Positions 25,667 through 38,900 of a DNA stretch of 64,000 nt are shown piece by piece. The translations under genes and the position numbers were made by a program. The notes beneath the pieces were generated by a model. It was not told the DNA's origin and searched no databases. It saw only the letters and a list, made by a program, of their open reading frames with translations. Location of the stretch: NCBI RefSeq assembly GCF_006345805.1, contig NC_043006.1, positions 19,592,001 to 19,656,000 on the forward strand, written 5' to 3'. The stretch comes from Octopus sinensis. Lineage: Eukaryota. Position 1 is the stretch's first letter, and every line of letters begins with the position of its first letter.

Positions 25667-25695
<29 letters not shown>
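24945..25695. repeat. Compound (TA)/(TG)/(TATG) microsatellite
   Basis: Direct reading of the sequence. Confidence 0.95.
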
Positions 25696-25697
<2 letters not shown>

Positions 25698-26069
25698 GAA
25701 ACTTAATTTCCCAGGTGTACAGATTGCTTTGGGTATCGCTTGAAGGATTAATAATATCGCAGAGAAGGAAGTCATATCAAGTGGAAATTTGATGGGCATC
25801 AATTCTTCAGCTTATATTTTCAAATAAAGACACGTTCCCGTAGTTCAGTACTTTGTTAACAATAAAGATAGCAACAACTTGTCTAAAATTTCCAACCACA
25901 GGCAGTTCAGAAATTTCTTCCGTTCTCTCTTAGGTTCTCTACAGAAATAACGTTTTCTTTGATATTCTTCTATTATACCGTCAAGGTCTTTTCTGTTCTG
26001 GTTTCTTTTTTTTTTTTTGTATATTTTTCCTTGTTTTCCCCTTCTGGCATTGGCATTTTTCATGTTCAT

Positions 26070-26241
26070 CGTGATGATGATGATAATGATGATGATGATG
26101 ATAATGATGATGATGATGATGATGATATGATGATGATGATGATGATGATGATGACGACGGTGATGATGACGACGGTGATGATGATGATGATGATGGTGAT
26201 GATGAAGATGATGATGATGATGTGATGTGAAGATGATGGTG

Positions 26242-26273
<32 letters not shown>

Positions 26274-26363
26274 GATGATGATTGATGATGATGATGATGA
26301 TGACGGTGATGATGATGATGATGATGAAGATGATGAGATGATGATGATGATGATGAGACGGTA

Positions 26364-26396
<33 letters not shown>

Positions 26397-26450
26397 GTGA
26401 TGATGATGGATGATAATGATGATGATGATGGTGGTGATGATGATGATGTG

Positions 26451-26481
<31 letters not shown>

Positions 26482-26516
26482 GATGATGATGATGAGATGA
26501 TGGTGATGATGATGAT

Positions 26517-26602
<86 letters not shown>

Positions 26603-26623
26603 GATGATGGTGATGATGATGAT

Positions 26624-26710
<87 letters not shown>

Positions 26711-26818
26711 GATGATGGTGATGATGATGATGATGAGTGATGATGATGATGATGATGATGATGAGGTGATGATGATGATGATGACGGTGATGATGATGAT
26801 GATGATGAAGATGATGAA

Positions 26819-26856
<38 letters not shown>

Positions 26857-26861
26857 CGGTA

Positions 26862-26908
<47 letters not shown>

Positions 26909-26955
26909 GATGATGACGACGACGATGACGATGATGACGATGATGATGATGACGG

Positions 26956-26991
<36 letters not shown>

Positions 26992-26994
26992 CGG

Positions 26995-27035
<41 letters not shown>

Positions 27036-27272
27036 GTGATACTGATGGCGATGACGACGACGACGACGATTTTGATGATAACGATGACGCCGACGACGAC
27101 GACGACGACGAAGACAGCGGCGACAATAACGATAAAGAGGAGTAGGGTGATGGCGACGTGTCGAAGAGGGCGATGGAGACGATAATGGAGATGGTGATGA
27201 TGATGATGATGATGATGATGGCAATGGCGGTGCGACGGCGACTACGTTAATGATGATGATGATGATGATGAT
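26070..27272. repeat. About 1.2-kb (GAT)n/(ATC)n trinucleotide repeat
   Basis: GAT units with GGT/GAC/GAA interruptions; they produce the poly-H/S/I/M/D ORFs. Confidence 0.97.
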
Positions 27273-27289
27273 GTTACGTAAATGGACAT

Positions 27290-27691
27290 ACTCTTTACTC
27301 TTTTACTCTTTTACTTGTTTCAGTCATTTGACTGCGGCCATGCTGGAGAACCGCCTTTAATCGAGCAACTCGACCCCGGGACTTATTCTTTTGTAAGCCC
27401 AGAACTTATTCTATCGGTCTCTTTTGCCGAAACGCTAAGTAACGGGGACATAAACACACCAGCATCGGTTGTCAAGCAATGCTAGAGGGACAAACACAGA
27501 CGCACAAACACACAAACACATATATACGACGGGCTTCTTTTCAGTTTCCGTCTACCAAATCCACTCACAAGGCTTTGGTTGGCCCGAGGCTTTAGTAGAA
27601 GACACTTGCCCAAGGTGCCACGCAGTGGGACTGAAACTGGAACCATGTGGTTGGTAAACAAGCTACTTACCACACAGCCACTTCTGCGCCT
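27290..27691 (-). mobile_element. SINE family B
   Basis: Same consensus as 7512-7923. Confidence 0.9.
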
Positions 27692-27697
27692 ATGTAT

Positions 27698-27747
<50 letters not shown>

Positions 27748-27998
27748 CCTGTGACCGACCAGGCTATCAGATGTTGCTACACATCGCTGGTCTCAATGCG
27801 CTTCGCATTGTTTTAGCCTCCAAATGACGCCACCCCGCTGGCTAAGCGAACAGACCAAAAGAAGAAAAAGTGAGAGAAAGTTGCGGCGAAAGAGTACATC
27901 AGAGATCGCCATCACTTGTCCAAGGTGCCACGCAGTGGGACTGAACCCGGAACCATGTGGTTGGTAAACAAGCTACTTACCACACAGCCACTCCTGCG

Positions 27999-28036
<38 letters not shown>

Positions 28037-28419
28037 TATATATATATATAGATACCCGTCAATGAGTCAATAACTCGGTTGAAAGAAGCTGCCAAAACTC
28101 TACAATGAATATTGAAAATTATTCACTGGTTGCATATAAACTTCTAATCTATGATCTATAGTATTTCAGTCTATAAATGAAGCAAACATCGCACAGACTT
28201 TGACTTATGTCTAGTACAAGATAAGTAAATAAAAGTTCTGGGAAAAACTAGAAACATATGTACTATAATTTATTGAACTTAGGTATTGCAACAAACAAAA
28301 AATACGAAAAACATTTCATAGACGAATAATATAGTGTGACGTTGACAATATTTATTCAAAGTTGTTAATTATTCTGCAAATGTTACTTTGTTGATCTCAT
28401 GGTAAAACACTTCCTTACA

Positions 28420-30660
28420 GACAATGTTTCAGGTTTTACCAGTGTGTGCAAAAATGAAAAGATTGTTCTTGCTCCCCACTCTGGGCGTCCCAATTTTATA
28501 ACTGGCCGTGTGATGTGAGAAACAGTTCTCTTCTAATTGCAAACCAGCAACTTTCAAAGTCTGACCTTGAGACTTACTAATGGATATCACAAAAGACAGA
28601 CGTATTGGAAATTGAAGTAATTTGAGCTCGAAGAGGTAATAAAGGTAAGCTAGGAATAAAAACATCTTCACCTTTTCCACAGCCAGAAATTCTTGTGGCC
28701 TGTAGAACATTTCTCATTAATTTCTTGACAAATATTATGCCATTGCACAGCTATGGTTGAGAAAGGTTGCGTAGAAGCATGATTGGAGAGTCTATTTTCA
28801 ATGGAAGGCATTGAGGAGGAGCTCCAGGTGGGTGCAGTGAGTTTAAGGAACTCAACCGGGTAATTGACTATTTCCTGTTCATCTACAACAGAGTCTATAT
28901 ATTTTTAATTATGTTCGTTTCTGGTAAAAGTTTCTTGAATCTTTCATTTAAATTATTTACTGTAATGTTCATAGGTGCCATGATTGCTCTTTCGCACAAC
29001 CAAGTAGCTTTTGTGTAATTTCAAATTATACTTGGAAAAACTTTTTCAATAAGTTCCTCAACCGAGCTGACGAAGGTGCAGATTTTTGATGGATTCAAGT
29101 CACCTTCATGATTGATATCTAGCCTTCCTTCTCCGAGTTGCAAAATAGTATGGGCAAATTGTTCCGACAGATTACCCCCATGCAAATGTGCCCTCGTATT
29201 TGTAGAAATCTTTAACACTTTGATATTTCCATAAAATAGAAGATTTCAAACATGCTTTCAATTCATCCGCCTTTGTTCCTCTGGGAATCACTGACAAAAT
29301 TTCCTTGAAATTACCTGAAAGTATTAGTCACACCTCGCATCAAACACTTGGAAAAGCGCAAATCCTGTAGCATTCTACTGATTTTTTATGAGACATTGTA
29401 GCTTCGTCCCATATGCTCAAAGAACATTCCATGAGAACTTGAGCTGAAGAAATACTGTTATTAGTATTGCAGACAGGTTCATCATTTGAAGTTAGATTGA
29501 ATGACAGCTTAAATGCTGAGTAAGCTGTTCGACTTTCTAGAAGTAAAGTCGCAGCAATTCAAGAGCCCACTACGGCTAAAGTTATTTCCTTTTCTTTCTG
29601 CCGGACTTTGGCTAGCACTAAATTCGTAGCAAACGTTTTTCCAGCTCCTCCTGATGCGTCAAAAAATATAATCCTCCTCTCTTATGTGTCATTTCGATGA
29701 GTTTCAGGTGAGCCAAACTTGCTGAGCTCCTCCTCTCACATTCAGACAACGCAATCTTCAATATCAACCAATGCAGAATTATATATATAGGCGCAGGAGT
29801 GGCTGTGTGGTAAGTAGCTTGTCTACCACCCACATGGTTCCGGGTTCAGTCCCACTGCGTGGCACCTTGGGCGAGTGTCTTCTGCTATAGCCTCGGGCCG
29901 ACCAAAGCCTTGTGAGTGGATTTGGTAGACGGAAACTGAAAGAAGCCCGTCGTATATATGTATATATATATATATATGTACATGTATGTGTGTGTGTGTT
30001 TGTGTGTCTGTGTTTGTCCCTCTAGCATTGCTTGACAACCGATGCTGGTGTGTTTATGTCCCCGTTACTTAGCGGTTCGGCAAAAGAGACCGATAGAATA
30101 AGTACTGGGCTTACAAAAAGAATAAGTCCCGGGGGTCGAGTTGCTCGATTAAAGGCGGTGCTCCAGCATGGCCGCAGTCAAATGACTGAAACAAGTAAAA
30201 GAGTAAAAGAGTAAAAGAGATATGTAATCGTTGAATGCCATTTCCCTCTCAGAGAATCTCAATCGTGCTTGGTATTTGTAGTCTTCTGATAAATCATTCT
30301 TATATTTGTGCCACAAGGTTAATGGGTTACTTCACAATTCAGGAGAAGAAGTTCAAAAAGATCTCTCAAAGAAATAAGTGTGCATAACACTGAGGCCCCA
30401 GTCATTGTTTTATCCCGGATTGTCATCTAACAAAGTTAAGGCTAAACTGGCTTCTCTATAAGTGTGAAGAGTTTGACCGTCAACCATTCTTATAAAGGAG
30501 AAGGAAGTCGGTCCTTTTATTTCATGAAGAATCACCCTCAAAAAGAAACATTCATAGTGACTCGGCTGCACAGAATAAACTCTTCCGATTGTCGAATCAA
30601 ATAATTTTATAATTGGATGACCCTCAACGTCAGCTCCTCTTTTTCTTATAGCAATATAAA
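28420..30660 (-). mobile_element. Second, older Helitron (helicase and upstream linker), interrupted by SINE-B
   Basis: QFPIRLSFVISISKSQGQTL; GGLYFL (motif I region); and GRVYSVQPSHYECFFLRVILHEIKGPTSF..DGQT..TYREA. Confidence 0.85.
29787..30219 (+). mobile_element. SINE family B
   Basis: Full head, body and (AGTAAAAG)n tail. Confidence 0.9.
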
Positions 30661-30666
30661 GTAATA

Positions 30667-31070
30667 GGCGCAGGAGTGGCTGTGTGGTAAGTAGCTTGGT
30701 TACCAACCACATGGTTCCGGGTTCAGTCCCACTGCGTGGCACCTTGGGCCAGTGTCTTCTACTATAGCCTCGGGCCGACCAAAGCCTTGTGAATGGATTT
30801 GGTAGACGGAAGCTGAAAGAAGCCCGTCATATATATGTATATATATATGTATGTATGTGTGTGTCTGTGTTTGTCACCCTAGCATTGCTTGACAACCGAT
30901 GCTGGTGTGTTCATGTCCCCGTAACTTAGCGGTTCGGCAAAAGAGACCGATAGAATAAGTACCGGGCTTACAAAAAGAATAAGTCCTGGGGTCGAGTTGC
31001 TCGATTAAAGGCGGTGCTCCAGCATGGCCACAGTCAAATGACTGAAACAAGTAAAAGAGTAAAAGAGAGA
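30667..31070 (+). mobile_element. SINE family B
   Basis: Full head, body and tail. Confidence 0.9.
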
Positions 31071-31779
31071 GTAAAGGGTAATACAGATTATTACAGTTAT
31101 ACACACACACATACACACATACACACACACTCTTTCAGACACACACTCACACACACACACACGCACACACACACACTCACATACACACGTACACACATAA
31201 ACACAATGACACACATGTTATTATGCGTGTCGTTACGTTACATATATGGCATACCTACAGAAGAGTGCCCCACAGAATTTGCTTCTTCCTATGTTTAGGG
31301 AAAATGGGTATTTTCGAATGGTAAGTTGTACAAATATGCTGAAGTGAGATAGGAAAATGATAGCTGACCTCATAAATTCTGATGTATAATATGTGAAACA
31401 AAGAAAAAAATGTTGGACCTAAAATGTAAGTCACGGTTTCTATTCTGAAGGTATGCAGGTGATCTTCTACGGTTTCTATTGTGAGGTAGGCAGCGAAAAA
31501 TTAAAACTGATCTTCCACAGATATAAATATAGAACGAATGCAAAATAATACTTATTAAGTAATACTTATTGCAATATGAAGTAATCGAGCTTATTACAGT
31601 TATACAGACACACACATACACACACACACACACACACTTTATTAACTGTGTCGTTATAGTACACATATGGCATATCTACAGAAGATGGCCCCGTCGTATT
31701 TTGAAATAAAATGAAGAACTATAATAATCTTATAAAAATTATGTCCCTTGAGCAGGTTATCTATTTTTAATTTGGTTTA

Positions 31780-32625
31780 ATTTGGTTTCCCAGCAATCCT
31801 CCTCAAATCGTGCAAAAATGCTCTGGCAAAACCACTTCGGATTCTCTTCCAAAGCTTTCTTGCAAATGGAAAACTGCCAAACAAACTGAAGGAGGAAATA
31901 ATATGCCCAATGCATAAGGGAGGAAGCAGATGCCAAAATTTATAAACCTATCTCCCTGACTTCACACATCAGCAAAGTCATGGAACGAATAGTCAGAGGG
32001 AAACTAATCGCATTCCTTGAAGAAAATGACTTGCTGAGTGATACCTAGCATGATTTTCGACCAGGTGGGAGCTGCCTGACACAGCTCCTACAGCACTACG
32101 ACTGGGTGTTGAACCAGTTATTCGACAACTCAAATGTGGAAGTAATACACCATGACTTCGCAAAAGCTTTTGATAAAGTTGATCATGGTATGATATGCCA
32201 CAAATTGCGCGATTTTGGCATAGCTAGAAAACTTGGAGAGTAGCTACATGACTCTGAAAGATACAGGTCAGGCAGTGGTGGTCAGGGGGGCCTCCTCAAA
32301 GGTAACACAAATAGTGAATGATGTTCCACAGGGCACTGTCTTGGGACCACTGCTTCTCATTGTGGTCCTCTCAGATATGCCCTCAGCTGTCTGGATAGCC
32401 ACTCTTGGTAGCTACGAAGACGATACAAAAGACACTCAAGAAATACAAAATCCTAGCGGTGTATCACGCCTGCAGCAGGAGCTGGATGCAATTTATAGAT
32501 GGGCTGAGGACAATAATATGCTTGAAAGTTCTAATCCCTGCAATACCAGCACCCAAAACTGGACGAAAAACTTACAGCATACACTGGCCCACAGGGGATT
32601 AGGGGATTACAGTCCTAGAATCTAA
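31780..32625 (+). mobile_element. CR1/L2/Jockey-group LINE reverse transcriptase fragment
   Basis: NYKPISLTS, DFAKAFDKVDHG, VPQGTVLGPLL and YEDDT (YADD-like). Confidence 0.85.
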
Positions 32626-32626
32626 A

Positions 32627-33283
32627 TGTTTGATATAAAAGATGGGCTACAGCAAATATTCTGCTCAATACCATATATTTGCTTGTCAGTTGCTTGACCT
32701 TAACCAGTTGAGCATGTCCTTTACTGGCTGATGATATATACATTTCTGATCACGAGTAGAAGTAGTGAGAGAGATTCATAGCCATATGTTGAGGGTTTCC
32801 ATAATTCACCTCTGGAAAAATGGGTGTTTCATTCAAATTCCTTAAACTAACCTTATTCAGGATTTGGGAATTAGGATAGTTTTCCCTTCCCTGAGCCATT
32901 CAGGCATTATTTCTGGCTCTACTGCTATTTCATTAAATTTCTCAGCCAGCGTTTTATGTGTTTCTGTTGGATATTTTAACCAGAAGTTGGGGATCTTGCT
33001 GTACTCGGATGCCTTCCAGTAGCTTAGTCTTTGAAGTGTTTAGGTGATCTCTTCAGTTATTATAAGAGTCCAGAGTTGTTCAGGTACTGTGTTTGTTATT
33101 TTAATAGATCTTTTCTGAGGTTGTTTCTTCGCCGACCATATTTCTTTCCAAAATTCTTCCACTTCTGTTTTTAGCGCTGCATTGATCTCTATTTTGTCTC
33201 TGCGAAGGTTTTGGTAGAATCTTTTGGGGCTGGAGTTGTTGTTGTTATTGTTGTTGTTGTTGTTATTATTATTATTATTATTA

Positions 33284-33315
<32 letters not shown>

Positions 33316-33632
33316 TATTATTATTATTGAGTGAGAGAGCAGCGCATGCCATCAAATTGACACTGGGGTACAAATATACGAAGACTAATACACCCATCAT
33401 GACTACCCACCTGAGTGGGATGGGCTACTCGACCTGAAGAAAATTCCAACTGGGCCCTACTTGCAAAGTCATGCGCTTTTTATTTTGATATGAGATCACT
33501 ATGTCGTGCGCATATGGATGTGATGCATATACCTGGCGTACCCCTATCAGGTGGGTAGTCATGATGGGTGTATTAGTCTTCGTATATTTGTACCCCAGTG
33601 TCAATTTGATGGCATGCGCTGCTCTCTCACTC
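32627..33632. repeat. Non-coding dispersed repeat E, copy 1 (truncated, split by a 555-bp inverted insertion)
   Basis: Homologous to 36314-36895; ends CTGCTCTCTCACTC then (AAT)n. Confidence 0.8.
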
Positions 33633-33694
<62 letters not shown>

Positions 33695-33718
33695 CAACAA
33701 CAACAATAACAACAACAA

Positions 33719-36253
33719 CTCCAGCCCCAAAAGATTCTACCAAAACCTTCGCAGAGACAAAATAGAGATCAATGCAGCGCTAAAAACAGAAGTGGAAGAA
33801 TTTTGGAAAGAAATATGGTCGGCGAAGAAACAACCTCAGAAAAGATCTATTAAAATAACAAACACAGTACCTGAACAACTCTGGACTCTTATAATAACTG
33901 AAGAGATCACCTAAACACTTCAAAGACTAAGCTACTGGAAGGCATCCGAGTACAGCAAGATCCCCAACTTCTGGTTAAAATATCCAACAGAAACACATAA
34001 AACGCTGGCTGAGAAATTTAATGAAATACCAGTAGAGCCAGAGATAATGCCTGAATGGCTCAGGGAAGGGAAAACTATCCTAATTCCCAAATCCACTGAA
34101 ATTGCAAACCCACAAAACTACAGAGCGATACCTTTTGTCCCCTACAATTTAATAAGCTTTTACTGCAATAATATCGCAGAGAATGGGAAAACATCTGGAA
34201 GAAAACAAGCTGTTTCCAGAAGAACGGAATGGATATTGCAAGGGTCTATACGGCTGTAAGGATCAGCTACTGATCAATAAAGTCATAACTGAAGACAACC
34301 GAAGAAAGAAGAAGGGTCAAAGTATGGTCTGGATCGATTACCAAAAGGCTTTTAATTGTATTCCTCACACATGGATCCTAGAAACACTAGGCATGAACAA
34401 GGTAGCACCAATAATCATAAAATATATAAAACATTCCATGAATAAATGGCAAACAGTGCTACTACTCCAGATAAAAGAGGGACTCATAAAAACTAAAGCC
34501 ATCCTCATTAGAAGGGGAATATTCCGGGGAGACACGCTCTCTCCACTCCTAATTCTGCTTGGCGCTGATACCTTTGTCTAACATGCTAAACAGAACTGGA
34601 TGTGGATACAACTATTGCGGCAGAACAATCAACCATCTCTTGTATATGGATGATCTAAAACTGCACGCTACAAATGATAAACAGCTTTAAACATTACTAT
34701 AGACAGTACATGGATTTACCAAAGAAATAAATATGAAATTTGGCTTACAAAAATGTACCAAAGTAACCTCGAAAAGAGGAAAACTAGTTAAGAGTAACAA
34801 CGTCACGCTAAATAACACAAATAAAATTAGAAAATTAGACCAAAGCCAGACATACAGATATTTAGGAATCAATGAACTAGATACGATACAACACACGCAA
34901 ATGAAAGAGATGAAAGAAGAAATGAATACTATAGACGAGTTAGATTAATACTGAAAATATAGCTCAATGCGATAAACAAGATAATAGGTATCAACATTTT
35001 AGCCGTCCCAGTAATAAGTTACAGCTACTAATAGTCTTAACTGGACTCTAAATGAGCTAATCAAAATAGACAGGAAAGCAAGAAAAAGTGACAGAATTTT
35101 GGATGCACCACCCAAAATCTGACAAAGAAAGGTTATATAGACAACGTATCGTAGGTGGTAATGGCCTTATGCAACTAGAAAACTATTACAAAATAACCAC
35201 CATGGGATTACACAAAGACCTGCTTTGGAAGAAAAGAAAACTGATACAAATACTCGCAAAACAGGAACAAAACAAAAAACTGTTTTCTCTCGTTAAGGAA
35301 ACTGACAAATACAAAAACGAAGTCATAGTTCCTAACAGCTATGAAGAAAAAGAAGTAACAACAAAAGCTGTTAAATAACTGAAATCCAAGCTAAATCTGG
35401 AACAGCAATGTATCATGATAAAACGATGGCAAGAAAAGCCCCTTCATGGCAAATATTAGGTTAAGCTAAACAGAAACGAAATAGACAAAGCAAAATCCCA
35501 ACAATGGTTGAGAACCTCAAGACTCAAAGCAGAGACTTAACAGAAATCACCAAAAACACACAATGAAAAGAAATACAAGTAACTGCAAAATATGTTGTGA
35601 TGGAAAAGAAACAATAAATCATATTGTCTCTGGCTACCCAGTCCTGGCTAAGAAGGGCTATGTTCACAGACACAACAGAGTTGGGACCTATATACACTGG
35701 AAGCTATGTTAACACTATGGAATAACAACAGAAAAAAGATGGTGTAGGTATATGCCAGAAAAGGTCACAGAAAATCAGAAAACAACCATACTCTAGGGTA
35801 TGACAATACACACAGATAGAGAAATCAAGGCTAATAAGCCGGATATAGTTGTCAGAGATCACCAAGAAGAAAAATGCTTTCTAATCAACGTATTAATACC
35901 AACAGGTGACAACGTTTCTCTAAAAGAAACAAATAAACTTTCAAAATACAAAGATCTAGAAATAGAGGCAACTCGAATGTGGAGCCTAAAAACAGAAACA
36001 ATTCCTATTACAGTAGGCGCATTAGCTATAATAAAAAGAATATTCAGGAAAATATATATATCATAAGCACCAGGACTTACAAGTCTATATAACATACAGA
36101 AAATGGCACTATTAGGGACCGAACACATCCTACGTAAAGCATTATTAGGGACCGTGAAAATTTTAGCACCAAAACAAACCACAGCCCATATCTAAGGCAC
36201 ATAGAGCTGCGCTCTGTAGTCAGAGAAAGCACGTGATGAAAATAAGACTGCTG
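33719..36253 (+). mobile_element. R4/Dong-clade LINE (RT, CCHC and restriction-like endonuclease), 5'-truncated, in (TAA)n
   Basis: GCKDQLLINK, WIDYQKAFNCIPHTWI, GIFRGDTLSPL, HLLYMDDLKL, CKICCDGKETINH, and the RLE segment NKPDIVV..KE..KLSKYKDL. AAT repeats lie on both sides. Confidence 0.9.
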
Positions 36254-36265
36254 AAAATAATAATG

Positions 36266-36313
<48 letters not shown>

Positions 36314-36895
36314 GCCCTGATGCGGTACCAGGCAGCGGCTCTCATGGCTTCTGATCTTAACTGATTGGAAGTGTTATCATGTACATTGTTTTGTCTTGGT
36401 ATAAAAGATGGCCTACTGCAAATATTCTGCTCGATGCCACAGATTTGCTTGTCAGTTGTTTGACCTTAAATAGTTGAACATGTCCTTTAGTGGCTGACGA
36501 TATGTGCATCTCTGATCACGAGTAGAAGTAGTGGGGGAGCATCATAGCCATGTGTTGAGAGGGATTCTTTGGGGTTTGAATAATTCACCTCTGGAAAAAT
36601 GGGTGTTTCATTCAACATCCTTAAACAACCTTTAATCAGGGAACCTTTTGAGTGGGATGGGTTACCCGACCAGAAGAAAATTCTAACTGGGCCCCACCCG
36701 CAAGGTCATGCGCTGTTTATCTTGATATGAGATCACCATGTCGCGCACATATGGTTGTGATGCATATACCTGGTGTACCCTTATCACACGGGTAGTCATG
36801 ATGGACATACTGGGTTTCGTATATTTCATCCCAGTGTCAAACAACTGACAAGCAAATCTGTGGCATTGAGCAGAATATGCACTGCTCTCTCACTC
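36314..36895. repeat. Non-coding dispersed repeat E, copy 2 (about 580 bp, both ends in AAT repeats)
   Basis: Starts GCCCTGATGCGGTACCAGG after (AAT)n and ends CTCTCACTC then A/(AAT)n. No ORF. Confidence 0.8.
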
Positions 36896-36909
36896 AAAAA
36901 AAAAAAAAA

Positions 36910-36981
<72 letters not shown>

Positions 36982-37209
36982 TAGGCATGATAAAAAAATA
37001 TTCAGACAAATACATTACAAAAACACCAGGACTTACAAACACATATAACATACAGAAAATTGCACTACTAGGCACTGCACACATCCTACGCAGAACACTT
37101 TCCATACAATAACCATCAGAGCATCACAACAAATCACAGCACATACCCAAGGCACACAGAGCTGCGCTCGGTAGTGAAGTGAAAGCACGTGATAAAAATA
37201 AAACTACTG
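36982..37209 (+). mobile_element. Short 3' fragment of an R4/Dong LINE in (TAA)n
   Basis: Homologous to 36030-36253 (IQKIALLGTAHILR and the 3' UTR ending ACTG then AAT repeats). Confidence 0.85.
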
Positions 37210-37222
37210 AATAATAATAATA

Positions 37223-37275
<53 letters not shown>

Positions 37276-37859
37276 TTAATAATAATAATTATTATTATTA
37301 TTATTATGTTTTTTTTTTCTTCTTTCAAATTTGGTTCCATTTCTTGCCGAGTGTCTTCCCGACTCCTAGGGCAAAGAAACTCATAGTATACATAGTATAC
37401 ATTATTATTATTATTATTATCATTATTATTATTATTATTATTAATAATAATAACAATGGTGGTTATAGTAATCGCTAATGTCGGTACATTTTCCTGTTGT
37501 TGACGTACAGCTTTGCTTTTACAGCCAAAGCCACATTGAAATTCGACAAAAATGACTGATGCAACTTACATTTCTAAACAATTTAGAAAAATTCCGTAGT
37601 GAATACCATCCCAGGAATGGAGACTAAAGCAATCCTTTCTACTACAGGCACAAGACCTGAAATTTGGCAGAGGGTGCTTGTCGATTACATCGACATGAGT
37701 GCACAAATGGTACTTAATTTATCAACATCGTGTGGATAAAAAGCAAAATCAACTTTGGTGATCTCAGAACAGGTGAAATGTTGCAAAGCAATTTGCCGGC
37801 GCTGTAACGATTCTGCCAGCTCAATCGATAGATAGTTTGGGAACTTACATGCAAGGAAA

Positions 37860-38900
37860 AATAAGCCATACATCCGGGCGAATCTCACTCCGTCAGCTCA
37901 GATTGAGACACGCACTTCATGTAGCAACTCAATAAGTTTAGAGTAGCCCATTTTGAGGAGTCCTGCATTGGTGCCGTTAAGGCCAGATACCTGTCCACTT
38001 GTCATTTGACTAACAGCTTTGGTCATTTTTTTTTCAAGTTAGGGACGTCCACTGGCACTTTTTTGACAAGGTGTTGGTCTAAGTGAAGTTGACGTTGGAT
38101 GAGCTGTTGAGAAGATCGTCTCAGTGATCTTGGCAGCAGTTTCTTATTTTGTTTGGTTTATCTAGTGACCTAGGTACTTTTTTTTAACCGCAATTGCATC
38201 ATAGATCACTTATGACCATATACATTAGATAAAAGATTGTAATAAGTTTTTGGAACACGTGCATCCGCAGCTTTTTGAACTTCAACTGATCTGGCGTTCC
38301 AACATGTATTTCCCTTGGACGCTTTTGCAGGGCCGTCTTACCAACATTATCGGCCCCCGGCTGAATCAATGCACATGACTTTATGATATCTACTTATTGT
38401 GAGCAAACCACAACATACACAGATAAGAACTGAGCCCCTAGACCCGTGAGGTACCCGAGTAACTGTATAGTATGCCCATCTTGTCCTAAGATGGTACTGT
38501 GCTTTTCGACAAGAGCCTTGACTGCTTTTTCCTTCTTCAGAGATCCTGCCTGCGCATGGCTAAAGGTGTTATTAAGAAAAATCTTGTTTGTTTCTGCTCT
38601 AAAAGATTTTTTATATTTCTTCTTCAATGTCATCGAAGCAGACTGCATTGTTGCTTTCTTTCTTCACATCCGAGTATTTTAAGTAAAGTATTATAGAGTT
38701 TAGGTTTAAAGTCTAACCAAATGTTATTTTGATCTAGCGATGCGAGGTTATTGATTGCTTCCACAATCTGCTTTTGAGTAACACCTTCAAGTTTAAATAT
38801 ATTTCTACATTTAGAACGGCAAGTAACTGAATGCCTATATTTGACTTTGAGAATCTTTTCTATTTTCTTCGGTCACAGTTTTCATCTTTTTTTAATATTT
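37860..38900 (-). mobile_element. Highly decayed TE coding remnants (RTE-like linker at about 37860-38120; possible Sola-like N-terminus at about 38200-38900)
   Basis: KAVSQMTSGQVSGLNG resembles the RTE GKAPG.DGI region. CRSKC..QNNIWL and KIFLNNT..VKAL resemble Sola N-terminal motifs from memory. Many stops. Confidence 0.35.
38328..38499. mobile_element. Small hAT-type MITE
   Basis: Termini CAGGGCCGTCTTA and TAAGATGGTACTG. The degenerate 8-bp TSD is CGCTTTTG / TGCTTTTC, and removing the element rejoins the interrupted frame. Confidence 0.6.

Noticed and set aside
25845-27224. 459-aa and 381-aa His/Ser/Ile-rich ORFs
   Set aside because: They are translations of the (ATC)n microsatellite, with no splice or domain evidence.
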